Positions 42,186-50,861 of a stretch of DNA of 64,000 bases are shown piece by piece. The translations under genes and the position numbers were made by a program. Source of the DNA: an uncultured Elusimicrobia bacterium (lineage in GTDB: Bacteria > Elusimicrobiota > Endomicrobiia > DTEH01); contig CAZLOB010000022.1 in the NCBI GenBank assembly GCA_964561135.1, forward strand, positions 5,718 through 69,717, in the 5' to 3' direction. The notes below the pieces were generated by a model that was not told where the DNA came from, ran no database searches, and worked only from the letters and a program-made list of their open reading frames with translations. The number at the start of each line of letters is the position of its first letter. Position 1 is the first letter of the stretch.

Positions 42186-43190
42186 ATGAAAAACATTTTT
42201 ATAATAGGTGGAGGTTGTTGGGGGGCAACCTTAGCAACAATATATGCTAAGAAGGGATTAAAAATTACCATCTATGAACCTGTTTTGGAAAACTATAATT
42301 ATCTTAAACAACATCGTCACCCAAAATTTTTTAAGTATGTAAGTATCCCTGAAAATGTAAACATTACTAACGATGCGAATCAAATACAAAAAAATGATAT
42401 TGTTTTTTTAGTAATACCATCAATTTATGTGTTACCAATATTGAATAAATTTAAAAATGTAAATACTAAAGAAAAAATTTTTATTTCTTGTGTCAAAGGG
42501 TTTGAACCAAAAACTTTTAATTCTATCTCAAAAACAATTGCTGAAAGTTTAAAAATTAATAAAGAAAAAATTTTTGTCTTAAGTGGACCTTCTCATGCTG
42601 AAGAAGTTGCTATGGAAAAACCTACAGCAGTATCTTTAGCAGGAGTAAATAAGGATCTGCTTGTTAAATTACAAAAATTGTTAGCAACACAAATGTTAAG
42701 GATTTATGTCAATACAGACATTGTTGGGGTAGAAATAGCAGGAGCTGTGAAAAATATATATGCTATTGCTGCCGGCATCTGTGATGGTCTTAAGCTTGGT
42801 AATAATGCAAAAGCTGCTTTAATTACACGTTCATTAAAAGAAATGATATTAGTTGGCAACCTTTTCGGTGCAGAAACAAAAACCTTTTTTGGTTTATCAG
42901 GAATTGGTGATTTACTTACAACGGCTTATTCACCTTATTCAAGAAACCGTACTTTTGGCGAATATATTGCTAAATACAAAAACATAGAAAAAGCAAAACA
43001 AAAAATTCATACTTTTATCGAAGGTATCTACACTGTAAAAACAATTAATAAAATTGCAAAAAAATATTCTCTAGAGTTACCTATTGCAGAAGAAGTTTAT
43101 AAAATTATATATAAAAACAAACCGCCAGAACTTTCAATAAAATCTTTATTAACAAGACCGTTAAAAGAAGAGTTTAGTTGGTTAAAATGA
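42186..43190 (+). CDS. gpsA: NAD(P)H-dependent glycerol-3-phosphate dehydrogenase
   Basis: The N-terminal Rossmann motif is IIGGGCWGATLA, with a GpsA-family region GPSHAEEVA. Confidence 0.8.
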   Translation: MKNIFIIGGGCWGATLATIYAKKGLKITIYEPVLENYNYLKQHRHPKFFKYVSIPENVNITNDANQIQKNDIVFLVIPSIYVLPILNKFKNVNTKEKIFISCVKGFEPKTFNSISKTIAESLKINKEKIFVLSGPSHAEEVAMEKPTAVSLAGVNKDLLVKLQKLLATQMLRIYVNTDIVGVEIAGAVKNIYAIAAGICDGLKLGNNAKAALITRSLKEMILVGNLFGAETKTFFGLSGIGDLLTTAYSPYSRNRTFGEYIAKYKNIEKAKQKIHTFIEGIYTVKTINKIAKKYSLELPIAEEVYKIIYKNKPPELSIKSLLTRPLKEEFSWLK

Positions 43191-43471
43191 ATAAAAATGA
43201 TTTAATTAAAATATTAACACAATATACTTTAACAAAAAATGATGCAAAAAAGTTTGTAAATATTATTTTTGACTCAATAAGAGATGCTTTGTTATCTGGT
43301 GAAAAAGTTGTGATACAAAACTTTGGTAGTTTTATTCCAAAATTTTATAAATCAAAAAGAATGTATAATCCAAAACAAAAAAAATACGTTGTATTAACAC
43401 CAAGAAAAAAAATAAAATTTACTCTTTCTAAAAAATTTTTTGCAGCGTTAAACTTAAAAGAAAAAAAGTAA
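43187..43471 (+). CDS. hup: DNA-binding protein HU/IHF family
   Basis: The N-terminus MNKNDLIKIL and the beta-arm region NFGSF...R.YNPK are HU-like. Length is ~95 aa. The start is chosen at the internal ATG (43187) rather than the track start. Confidence 0.75.
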   Translation: MNKNDLIKILTQYTLTKNDAKKFVNIIFDSIRDALLSGEKVVIQNFGSFIPKFYKSKRMYNPKQKKYVVLTPRKKIKFTLSKKFFAALNLKEKK

Positions 43472-43477
43472 GCAACT

Positions 43478-43840
43478 ATGACTGAAGAAAACAAACAACA
43501 TTACTATACTATCAAAGAGTTTGCAAAAAAAGTTGGTGTTGAAGAATATGTGTTAAGATACTGGGAAAGTGTATTTCCACAATTAAAACCTTTAAAAACT
43601 GAAAAAGGGCATAGAAGATATACAGACGAACATATACCTATTGTAGAAAAAATTAAAGAACTTATGTGGGAAAAAAAATATACTATTGAAGGAGCAAGAA
43701 AGGAATTAAAAGAATTTTTTTCTAAAAAGAAAAATGTGCAATCCACATTATTTTTAGATTTCCAAACTGCAGGTAATAAAAAAATATTAAACGAAATTAA
43801 AAGTGTTTTAGAAGAAATTTTAAAAATTCTTGAAGAATAG
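43478..43840 (+). CDS. MerR-family transcriptional regulator (short, HspR-like, no obvious effector domain)
   Basis: The N-terminal MerR HTH is YTIKEFAKKVGVEEYVLRYWE...GHRRYTDEHI. Length is 120 aa. Confidence 0.55.
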   Translation: MTEENKQHYYTIKEFAKKVGVEEYVLRYWESVFPQLKPLKTEKGHRRYTDEHIPIVEKIKELMWEKKYTIEGARKELKEFFSKKKNVQSTLFLDFQTAGNKKILNEIKSVLEEILKILEE

Positions 43841-43842
43841 AT

Positions 43843-44340
43843 ATGATAGAAAATCTTGTACAACTTTTTTCTAATTTACCAAAAGAAGTTGCAATAATAC
43901 TTATCTCAGCCATTCCTATAAGCGAACTACGTGGTGCTATACCGGTAGGTATTGGTATCTATAAGTTTAGTGTAACCAAAACATTAACTTTAGCAATAAT
44001 TGGTAATTTATCTTTTGTTATACCGTTCTTATGGTTTTTAAACAACTTACATTTGCATTTTATGAAATATTATTACTACAACAAATTTTTTACTTGGTGG
44101 TTCAGTAAAGTAAAGCCAAGAACAAAAAATATTAAAAAATATGAATATGTTGGACTAGCTTTGTTTGTTGCTATACCTTTACCTGTGACTGGTGCTTGGA
44201 GTGGATGTGTAGCAAGCTATCTTTTAGGATTAGACTTTTGGAAATCAGTTGTAGCTATATCAATAGGAGTTTTAATTGCAGCAATAATTGTGACCGTTAT
44301 CACTCTTGTTACTACACAAACTATTCAATTAATAATTTAA
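43843..44340 (+). CDS. Small membrane protein, probable small multidrug-export-like family (COG2426-like)
   Basis: The ~165-aa protein has 4 predicted TM helices and the N-terminal motif PISELRGAIPVG. It directly follows the MerR-like gene. Confidence 0.45.
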   Translation: MIENLVQLFSNLPKEVAIILISAIPISELRGAIPVGIGIYKFSVTKTLTLAIIGNLSFVIPFLWFLNNLHLHFMKYYYYNKFFTWWFSKVKPRTKNIKKYEYVGLALFVAIPLPVTGAWSGCVASYLLGLDFWKSVVAISIGVLIAAIIVTVITLVTTQTIQLII

Positions 44341-44342
44341 AA

Positions 44343-44419
44343 AGCGGGCGATGGGATTCGAACCCACGACCTTCTGCTTGGCAAGCAGACGTTCTTAAAC
44401 CAGGCTGAACTACGCCCGC
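44343..44419 (-). tRNA. tRNA-Gly (anticodon GCC)
   Basis: The minus-strand read GCGGGCGUAGUUCAGCCUGGUUUAAGAACGUCUGCUUGCCAAGCAGAAGGUCGUGGGUUCGAAUCCCAUCGCCCGCU folds as a cloverleaf. The anticodon loop UUGCCAA gives anticodon GCC, and the discriminator is U. CCA is not encoded. Confidence 0.9.
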
Positions 44420-44512
44420 ATTTTCCTAGTTTTTTAATTTATAAAATCAATAAATAAAAGTCAATATTTTTGATTTTATTTCTAACAAATTTAAAACGAA
44501 AGGAGAAAAAAA

Positions 44513-46066
44513 ATGAAAAATGCTATAATAAGTGTATCAGATAAAACAAATTTAATAGAGTTTGCAAAAGAACTTAATAATATAGGAATAAAAATTTATT
44601 CAACTGGTGGAACTGCAAAAATTTTAAAAGAGCATAATATCAGTGTTATAGAAATATCTGAATACACTTCTTTTGCAGAAATTTTAGATGGAAGAGTTAA
44701 AACTTTACACCCAAAAATTCACGGTGGTATACTTGCAAAACGAAACAAACAAGAACATATGCAAGAGATTCAAAAATATAATATTACTCTTTTCGATCTT
44801 GTAGTAGTAAACCTTTATCCATTTGAAGAAACTCTACAAAAAACAAATGATGAAGAAGAAATTATTGAAAACATTGATATTGGGGGTGTTACACTTATTC
44901 GTGCAGCAGCAAAAAATTATAAAGATGTAGCTGTTGTTGTTGACTATAACGATTATCCCGAAGTTATACATAGAATCAAAAATAACACATTAGATTTAGA
45001 ATACAAAAAATATCTTGCAACAAAAGCATTTTTACATACTGCAAGATATGATTCTATAATCTCAAACTGGTTTGTTAAAACTTCAAAAAAAGAAGTTTTT
45101 GATTTTGAAGAAATATCTATCGGACTTAAAAAAGTGTCTAACTTAAGATATGGAGAGAATCCACATCAAAAAGCTGCTTTGTTCAAATTCGCGTCAAAAA
45201 CATCAAGTTTAGTTTCTGCAGAAAAGTTGCAAGGTAAAGAATTGTCATATAACAATTACTTAGATTTAGATTCAGCAATGAATATTGTAAAAAATTTTTC
45301 AAATCCTGCTTGTGTTATAATAAAACATAACAATCCTTGTGGTGTAGCAGAAGCAAATACTTTGTTAGATGCATATAAAAAAGCATTAAGTTGTGACCCT
45401 GTTTCTGCATTTGGTGGTATAATTGCTTTTAATTACGAAGTGGACGAAAATACTGCAAAAGAAGTTATTAACCTATTTACAGAATGTATAATTGCACCTG
45501 CGTATACACAAAAAGCAAAAGAAGTGTTCTCAAAAAAGAAAGATTTAAGATTATTAGTACTACCAGGGTTGATGAATTCAATAACAGAAGAAATTGAGTT
45601 TAGACAAATTGACGGTGGGATGCTTGTTCAATCAAAAGATTTAACTCTGTATAATGAACTTGTATATGTAACAAAACGGCACCCAACTGAACAAGAACTT
45701 AAAAGTTTAATTTTCGCGTTTAAAGTTGTAAAATATGTAAAATCAAATGCTATAGTGTTAGCAAAAGGAACACAAACTGTTGGTATAGGTGCGGGACAAA
45801 TGTCACGTATCGACGCGTTGAAAATTGCCACAATCAAAATGAACCAAATTGATAAAGAAATTTTAGAGTCGTTAAAGGAATATCCACTTGTTTTAGCATC
45901 GGATGCGTTTTTCCCGTTCAACGATGTTGTGAATGAAGCTGCAAAAATTGGTGTTTCTGCTATAATACAACCTGGTGGATCCGTACGAGATGCAGATTCT
46001 ATATCTTTAGCGAATGAATATAATATAGCTATGGTCTTTACCAAAACTCGCCACTTTAAACATTGA
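44513..46066 (+). CDS. purH: Bifunctional AICAR transformylase / IMP cyclohydrolase
   Basis: The MGS-like N-terminal IMPCH domain (ALISVSDKT..., GGT) precedes the AICARFT domain. Length is 517 aa, with an AAAGGAG RBS. Confidence 0.9.
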   Translation: MKNAIISVSDKTNLIEFAKELNNIGIKIYSTGGTAKILKEHNISVIEISEYTSFAEILDGRVKTLHPKIHGGILAKRNKQEHMQEIQKYNITLFDLVVVNLYPFEETLQKTNDEEEIIENIDIGGVTLIRAAAKNYKDVAVVVDYNDYPEVIHRIKNNTLDLEYKKYLATKAFLHTARYDSIISNWFVKTSKKEVFDFEEISIGLKKVSNLRYGENPHQKAALFKFASKTSSLVSAEKLQGKELSYNNYLDLDSAMNIVKNFSNPACVIIKHNNPCGVAEANTLLDAYKKALSCDPVSAFGGIIAFNYEVDENTAKEVINLFTECIIAPAYTQKAKEVFSKKKDLRLLVLPGLMNSITEEIEFRQIDGGMLVQSKDLTLYNELVYVTKRHPTEQELKSLIFAFKVVKYVKSNAIVLAKGTQTVGIGAGQMSRIDALKIATIKMNQIDKEILESLKEYPLVLASDAFFPFNDVVNEAAKIGVSAIIQPGGSVRDADSISLANEYNIAMVFTKTRHFKH

Positions 46067-46076
46067 TAGATGAGAG

Positions 46077-46619
46077 ATGTTTAGAAAAACTTTTGTTTTT
46101 TTAAGAGTCTTAACTATATTTCTAGTATGTGTTTTACATGTTTTTTCAAAAGAGTTGCCAACAGAACTTTTGGGTTTCCAAATTAATACTGAATTAAAAA
46201 GTGTAAAAAAATCTGTACAATTAAAAAAAATCAAAAATTCGTTTGAAAAAGTTTACAAGGTTTTATATATTGAACAAAGTATTGAAACTTATCTTTATTT
46301 TTTTAATAAAAAAATTTACAAAATAATTATCTGTTTTTCTGAAAAAGTTTTTGACCAAGAAGATTGGGAAAATATTGTTAGCCAAGCAATTTCTTTGTAC
46401 GATAGACCTAAAAAAGTTTTTGTAACACACAAAAATGGTTTATCACAAGAAGTTTATCTTTGGGAAGATGAAAAAGTAAAATATATCTACAAAAAAGTTA
46501 GTAAAGAAAATAAAATACAGAATTTTAGTATAGAACTAGTAGATAAACATACTGAACAAAAAATAACACAATTGTCTTTTATAAAAAAGTTATATCTCAG
46601 ATTGATTAATTTGTTTTAA
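46077..46619 (+). CDS. Hypothetical protein with N-terminal signal peptide/TM anchor
   Basis: An N-terminal hydrophobic segment (VFLRVLTIFLVCVLHVF) is followed by a K-rich soluble domain. No recognisable motif was found. Confidence 0.4.
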   Translation: MFRKTFVFLRVLTIFLVCVLHVFSKELPTELLGFQINTELKSVKKSVQLKKIKNSFEKVYKVLYIEQSIETYLYFFNKKIYKIIICFSEKVFDQEDWENIVSQAISLYDRPKKVFVTHKNGLSQEVYLWEDEKVKYIYKKVSKENKIQNFSIELVDKHTEQKITQLSFIKKLYLRLINLF

Positions 46620-46624
46620 AAACA

Positions 46625-47416
46625 ATGAAAAACTTTCTTATAAATTTAGTAAAAACAGCTGGAAGAATTTTGCAAAAATATTATTATTCAGATATATCAC
46701 AGTTGTCATTAAAATATAAATCAAAACATAATCCCGTAACAAAAGCAGATAAAGAAGCTGAAGAAATTATAAAATATATGATATCTAAAAAATTTCCTAA
46801 CGATAAATTTATATGTGAAGAAAGTTGTCCTACAGTTGACAAACTTAATAAAGAACAAAGATACTGGGTGATAGACCCACTTGATGGTACCGTAAATTTT
46901 TCACACAAACTTCCAATATTTTGTATCTCAATTGCTATAATAGAAAATAACGATATTGTTGAAGGAATTGTATATAATCCTATAACAAAAGATTTGTATT
47001 ATGCAAAAAAAGGATGTGGAGCGTATAAAAATAATAAAAAAATACTTGTATCTAAAATAAAAAATTTGTATAATTCTTTATTAGTAACAGGTTTTCCATA
47101 TTATACATATAAAAATCCACAACGGGTGTTTAAATTGTTTAACAAATTTGCGATTTCTGCACAAGCAGTACGTAGATTAGGTTCAGCAGCGTTAGACCTT
47201 TGTATGGTAGCCGAAGGTATCTTTGAAGGATTTTGGGAAGAAAACTTGCAAATATGGGATGTAGCAGCAGGATCTTTAATTGTTAAAGAAGCTGGAGGAG
47301 AAGTAACAGATTTTTTTGGTAAAGATAATTATTTGTTTGGTAAAACAATAGTTGCAACAAACGGAAAAATACATAAACAAATGTTGAATATTATAAGCAA
47401 AACAGTCAAAAGTTAA
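46625..47416 (+). CDS. suhB: Inositol monophosphatase family protein (SuhB/IMPase/FBPase-like)
   Basis: The IMPase metal-binding motifs are WVIDPLDGT and WDVAAG. Confidence 0.75.
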   Translation: MKNFLINLVKTAGRILQKYYYSDISQLSLKYKSKHNPVTKADKEAEEIIKYMISKKFPNDKFICEESCPTVDKLNKEQRYWVIDPLDGTVNFSHKLPIFCISIAIIENNDIVEGIVYNPITKDLYYAKKGCGAYKNNKKILVSKIKNLYNSLLVTGFPYYTYKNPQRVFKLFNKFAISAQAVRRLGSAALDLCMVAEGIFEGFWEENLQIWDVAAGSLIVKEAGGEVTDFFGKDNYLFGKTIVATNGKIHKQMLNIISKTVKS

Positions 47417-47421
47417 GAAGA

Positions 47422-47502
<81 letters not shown>

Positions 47503-47532
47503 AAGAAAATTATTTTTATTTTTTTACTTAAA

Positions 47533-48192
47533 ATGAAACTGAAACAAATTAGTGAATTTTTACCACGGGAAAAACTTTTAAAATACAACAGACCCGATAA
47601 ACTCAAAAATGAAGAGTTGCTTGCTATCATCCTTAGAACTGGAACAAAAAATTACAATGTGTTAACTTTAGCAAAAAAAATTTTAAAACAATATGGTAAA
47701 GAATTACCTTATGTTTCAGTAAATGAGTTAAAAAATTTTTTAGGTATAGGTGAAGCACGTGCATGTAGTATTGTTGCATGTTTTGAACTTGGTAAACGTT
47801 TGTTAAGAGATAAAAAGACATATCTTTATCTTACACCGAAAGATGTATACGAACGACTTTCAGAATACAGAACAGCTAAAAAAGAATATTTTTTTGTGTT
47901 TTACCTCGACAGTAGAAACCAAGAAATAAAATGTGAAGTTGTAAGTGTTGGGATTTTAAATTCAAGTTTAGTACATCCAAGGGAAGTGTTTGAACCTGCA
48001 GTGAAACATCTTGCATGTCAGATTATTGTTGCACATAATCATCCATCAGGTTGTTTAGAACCGTCAAAAGATGATCTTGAGATTACACAACGTTTAATAA
48101 AAGCAGGTGAAATACTTGGTATAGAACTGTTAGATCATGTTATTGTTGCTAAAAACGGATATTTTAGTTTTAAAGAATATAAACTTATGTAA
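47533..48192 (+). CDS. radC: RadC-like JAB/MPN domain protein (UPF0758)
   Basis: The N-terminal HhH-like region is followed by the JAMM motif HNHPSG..PS.DD. Confidence 0.8.
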   Translation: MKLKQISEFLPREKLLKYNRPDKLKNEELLAIILRTGTKNYNVLTLAKKILKQYGKELPYVSVNELKNFLGIGEARACSIVACFELGKRLLRDKKTYLYLTPKDVYERLSEYRTAKKEYFFVFYLDSRNQEIKCEVVSVGILNSSLVHPREVFEPAVKHLACQIIVAHNHPSGCLEPSKDDLEITQRLIKAGEILGIELLDHVIVAKNGYFSFKEYKLM

Positions 48193-48216
48193 CAACAAAT
48201 TGTTGAGGTTAAACAT

Positions 48217-48414
48217 ATGAAAGAATGTAAAATAAATGAAAATCTTAAAATTTGTCCATGCAGTTATCCAGTGTGTTCCAGAAAAGGTATTTGTTGTGAA
48301 TGTTTGCATTACCACAGAGAAAGAGGGGAACTGCCAGCATGTTATTTTTCACCAAAAGTTGAAAAAACATACGACAGAAGTATCGAAAATTTTATAAAAA
48401 ATTATAAAAAATAA
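48217..48414 (+). CDS. Small cysteine-rich protein (8 Cys in 65 aa), possible metal-binding
   Basis: The sequence reads [21 protein letters not shown]...C. A GAGG RBS lies upstream, and it ends 34 nt before the aspartokinase-like gene. Confidence 0.4.
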   Translation: MKECKINENLKICPCSYPVCSRKGICCECLHYHRERGELPACYFSPKVEKTYDRSIENFIKNYKK

Positions 48415-48448
48415 TAAGTCTCCAAACAATCTAAAGGAAAACCAAAAA

Positions 48449-49183
48449 ATGAGTATAAGACCTATAGTGATGAAATTTGGGGGTTCTTCAGTAGCAAATG
48501 TTGAACGTATAAAAAATGTTGCTAAAATCATTGTTAATAAAAAGAAAAAGTATAAACATATTGTAGTTGTTGTTTCAGCACCTGGAGATATGACCGACGA
48601 ACTTATTGAAAAAGCATACCAAATCACTCCTGACCCTGATAAACGAGAATTTGATATGTTGTTATCTACAGGAGAACAAATATCAATTGCTCTTTTAGCA
48701 ATGGCATTACATACATTAAACTGTGATGCTATTTCTTTAACAGGACCACAAGCAGGCATCTATGCTGATGCATCATATACCAAAGCTAAAATTATTGATA
48801 TTGATACAAAAAAAATAAAAAGATATTTAAAACAAGGTAAAGTGGTTATAGTTGCTGGTTTTCAAGGAATAAATCCTTATCAAGATATAACAACCTTAGG
48901 ACGGGGCGGTTCTGACCTTACCGCAATAGCGTTAGCTGCAAAGTTAAAAAGTCCTATCTGCGAAATATATACAGATGTAGAAGGTGTCTATACTACAGAT
49001 CCAAGAATTGTACCAGAAGCAAGAAAAATTAATTATCTTACCTATGACGAAATGCTTGAGATAGCAGGCAGTGGCGCACAAGTTATGATGGCAAGATCTA
49101 TTGAAGTAGCAAAAAAATATAATGTTAAACTTGAAATAAAATCGTCTCTTGTTCGAAAACCAGGAACAATAATTTATAAATAA
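48449..49183 (+). CDS. Aspartokinase catalytic domain only (amino-acid kinase family), lacking C-terminal ACT regulatory domains
   Basis: The N-terminus IVMKFGGSSV and the aspartokinase signature LGRGGSDLTAIALAA...EIYTDVEGVYTTDPRIVP...MLE.A.SGAQV are present. The ORF ends at the catalytic/ACT junction (KPGTIIYK*), and no ACT-encoding ORF follows. An AAGGAAA RBS lies upstream. Confidence 0.7.
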   Translation: MSIRPIVMKFGGSSVANVERIKNVAKIIVNKKKKYKHIVVVVSAPGDMTDELIEKAYQITPDPDKREFDMLLSTGEQISIALLAMALHTLNCDAISLTGPQAGIYADASYTKAKIIDIDTKKIKRYLKQGKVVIVAGFQGINPYQDITTLGRGGSDLTAIALAAKLKSPICEIYTDVEGVYTTDPRIVPEARKINYLTYDEMLEIAGSGAQVMMARSIEVAKKYNVKLEIKSSLVRKPGTIIYK

Positions 49184-49257
49184 AATTCTTAACTTTCTTT
49201 TTGAAAATTCTATCATTATTTCGCTACTCATATTTTGCCAAAATTATTGTCCTTATA

Positions 49258-49286
49258 TTGACATATATAAAATAAATTTGTATCTT
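49258..49286 (+). promoter_or_regulatory. Putative sigma70-like promoter for queH-aroD (TTGACA, 17 nt spacer, TATCTT)
   Basis: A perfect -35 TTGACA sits at 49258-49263. The -10 at 49281-49286 is weak. This is the only >100-bp gap upstream of queH. Confidence 0.25.
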
Positions 49287-49295
49287 TTTATTCGT

Positions 49296-49838
49296 ATGAA
49301 CAACAATAAAGTATTGCTTCATATTTGTTGTGGAATATGCGCATTAGAATCTATAAATAGGTTACTACAGCAAAAGTATAAAGTTATAGGTTACTTTTAC
49401 AACCCTAACATTTATCCAAAAGAAGAATATCAAAAAAGATTACAAGTTGTTGAAAAAGTTGCTGAAATATACAATATTAAGATCATCTATGATAATTACG
49501 AACCTGAAGTTTGGCAAAAATTATGTGGACAATACGAAAGCGAACCTGAAGGGGGAAAAAGATGTTTATTGTGTTATGAATTAAGATTAAGAAAAACATA
49601 CAATACTATGGTAAAAGAAAATCTTGATTTATTCACTACGACACTTACTATAAGTCCACATAAAAAATCAAATATAATTTTTGAAATAGGTGAAAAAATT
49701 GGTGGTGAAAAATTTTTAAAAATTGATTTTAAAAAACATGACGGATTTAAAAAAACTATTGAACTAGCAAAACAATTCGAGTTTTATAGACAAAACTATT
49801 GTGGATGCAAATTTTCATTAAGAAAAACTATCTTATGA
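49296..49838 (+). CDS. queH: Epoxyqueuosine reductase QueH (DUF208)
   Basis: The N-terminus LLHICCGIC and the later CLLCYELR Cys motifs are characteristic of DUF208/QueH. The start is chosen at the ATG giving MNNNKVLLHICC. Confidence 0.7.
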   Translation: MNNNKVLLHICCGICALESINRLLQQKYKVIGYFYNPNIYPKEEYQKRLQVVEKVAEIYNIKIIYDNYEPEVWQKLCGQYESEPEGGKRCLLCYELRLRKTYNTMVKENLDLFTTTLTISPHKKSNIIFEIGEKIGGEKFLKIDFKKHDGFKKTIELAKQFEFYRQNYCGCKFSLRKTIL

Positions 49839-50575
49839 AAAAAACTAATCTTGTAGCAGTATTTACCTGCGAAAATATCAACAAACAATTATCTTTGCTT
49901 AAAAAATACAAAAATTTTATTGACAGCGTAGAAATAAGGGTTGACTCCTTTTATAAGAATAATAAAATCAAAGAAATACCAAATATTATAAAAAATATAA
50001 AAGATACTATACCAAAGATAAAAATTATTATAACATTCAGAAAACTTGAAGAAGGTGGTTGTGTAAAAGTTTATGAAAAAACAAGGCAATTTGTAATAAC
50101 AGAACTTTTAAAAAGTTCTCATCAATACATAAATTTCGTAGATATTGAATTTTTCTCTAAAATAAAAAATAAAATAATTAATCTAGCAAAAAAATATAAA
50201 AAAATTGTAATTTTATCGTTTCATAAATTAGACAAAAATTTTAAGCTAAATGAAGTAACAAAAATAATTAAAAAAATGCAAAAATTTGTTAATAGCAATA
50301 AAAAACACTGCATCATTAAAATAGTTGTTTATTGTGATTCATTATACAAATACATCGAGATCTTAAAAAGTGCTCACATTAAGCCAACAACGAAAACAAA
50401 AGTTTTTAAAAACATAAGCATTTTTTCTGTTGGCAAAACTTCGATACTTTCAAGGCTAATTTGTTTCGTTTTGGATATGCCGATTGTTTACGCTGCACTA
50501 TCAAAAGCAGTAATTAAAACACAGCCTACTATAAAACAGATTGTCAAAATAAAAAGACTTCTTGCCAACAACTAA
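49835..50575 (+). CDS. aroD: 3-dehydroquinate dehydratase, type I
   Basis: AroD motifs: IEIRVD (the Schiff-base barrel start), ITFRKLEEGG, SFH, and a C-terminal GK-S-SR pattern. The start is chosen at MKKTNLVAV and overlaps the queH stop (ATGA). Confidence 0.6.
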   Translation: MKKTNLVAVFTCENINKQLSLLKKYKNFIDSVEIRVDSFYKNNKIKEIPNIIKNIKDTIPKIKIIITFRKLEEGGCVKVYEKTRQFVITELLKSSHQYINFVDIEFFSKIKNKIINLAKKYKKIVILSFHKLDKNFKLNEVTKIIKKMQKFVNSNKKHCIIKIVVYCDSLYKYIEILKSAHIKPTTKTKVFKNISIFSVGKTSILSRLICFVLDMPIVYAALSKAVIKTQPTIKQIVKIKRLLANN

Positions 50576-50828
50576 ATTCTAAAAACTTAAACTTAAAATG
50601 ACGATTTAAAACTTAATCCGGCTATTGAATTTAACCAAATTTTAATCTAATTTTAAGTTCCTATAAGATATATTATGTTAATTTATATTTTTTGAATGAT
50701 ACTTTAAAATAAAGACGAAAAATTACGAAAAAACGAAATCATAAAACAAAAATTAATGTAATAGTTTAAATTCGAATAAAAATAAAAATTAAAGTAATAC
50801 TTGAAAATAGAAATTGCAAAAATTGTAA

Positions 50829-50861
50829 AACTTGCAGCTTCAAAAAAGAAACTTGCAAGTT
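50829..50861 (-). terminator. Possible weak hairpin at the pgeF stop codon, which may act as a bidirectional terminator
   Basis: An 8-bp stem (AACTTGCA paired with TGCAAGTT) with a 17-nt loop sits in the convergent aroD/pgeF gap. It includes the perfect 12-bp palindrome AACTTGCAAGTT (50850-50861) and is followed by T-rich sequence on the minus-strand transcript. It is AT-rich and weak. Confidence 0.2.

Noticed and set aside
44196-44408. 70-aa plus-strand ORF overlapping the tRNA-Gly locus
   Set aside because: It spans the tRNA-Gly gene and the 3' end of the upstream membrane-protein gene, so it is not credible as coding.
50576-50859. tmRNA, RNase P RNA or SRP RNA in the only large intergenic gap
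   Set aside because: I found no tRNA-like acceptor/T-arm ends (tmRNA), no conserved GNRA/P4 elements, and no SRP domain IV motif. The region is simply AT-rich with short repeats.
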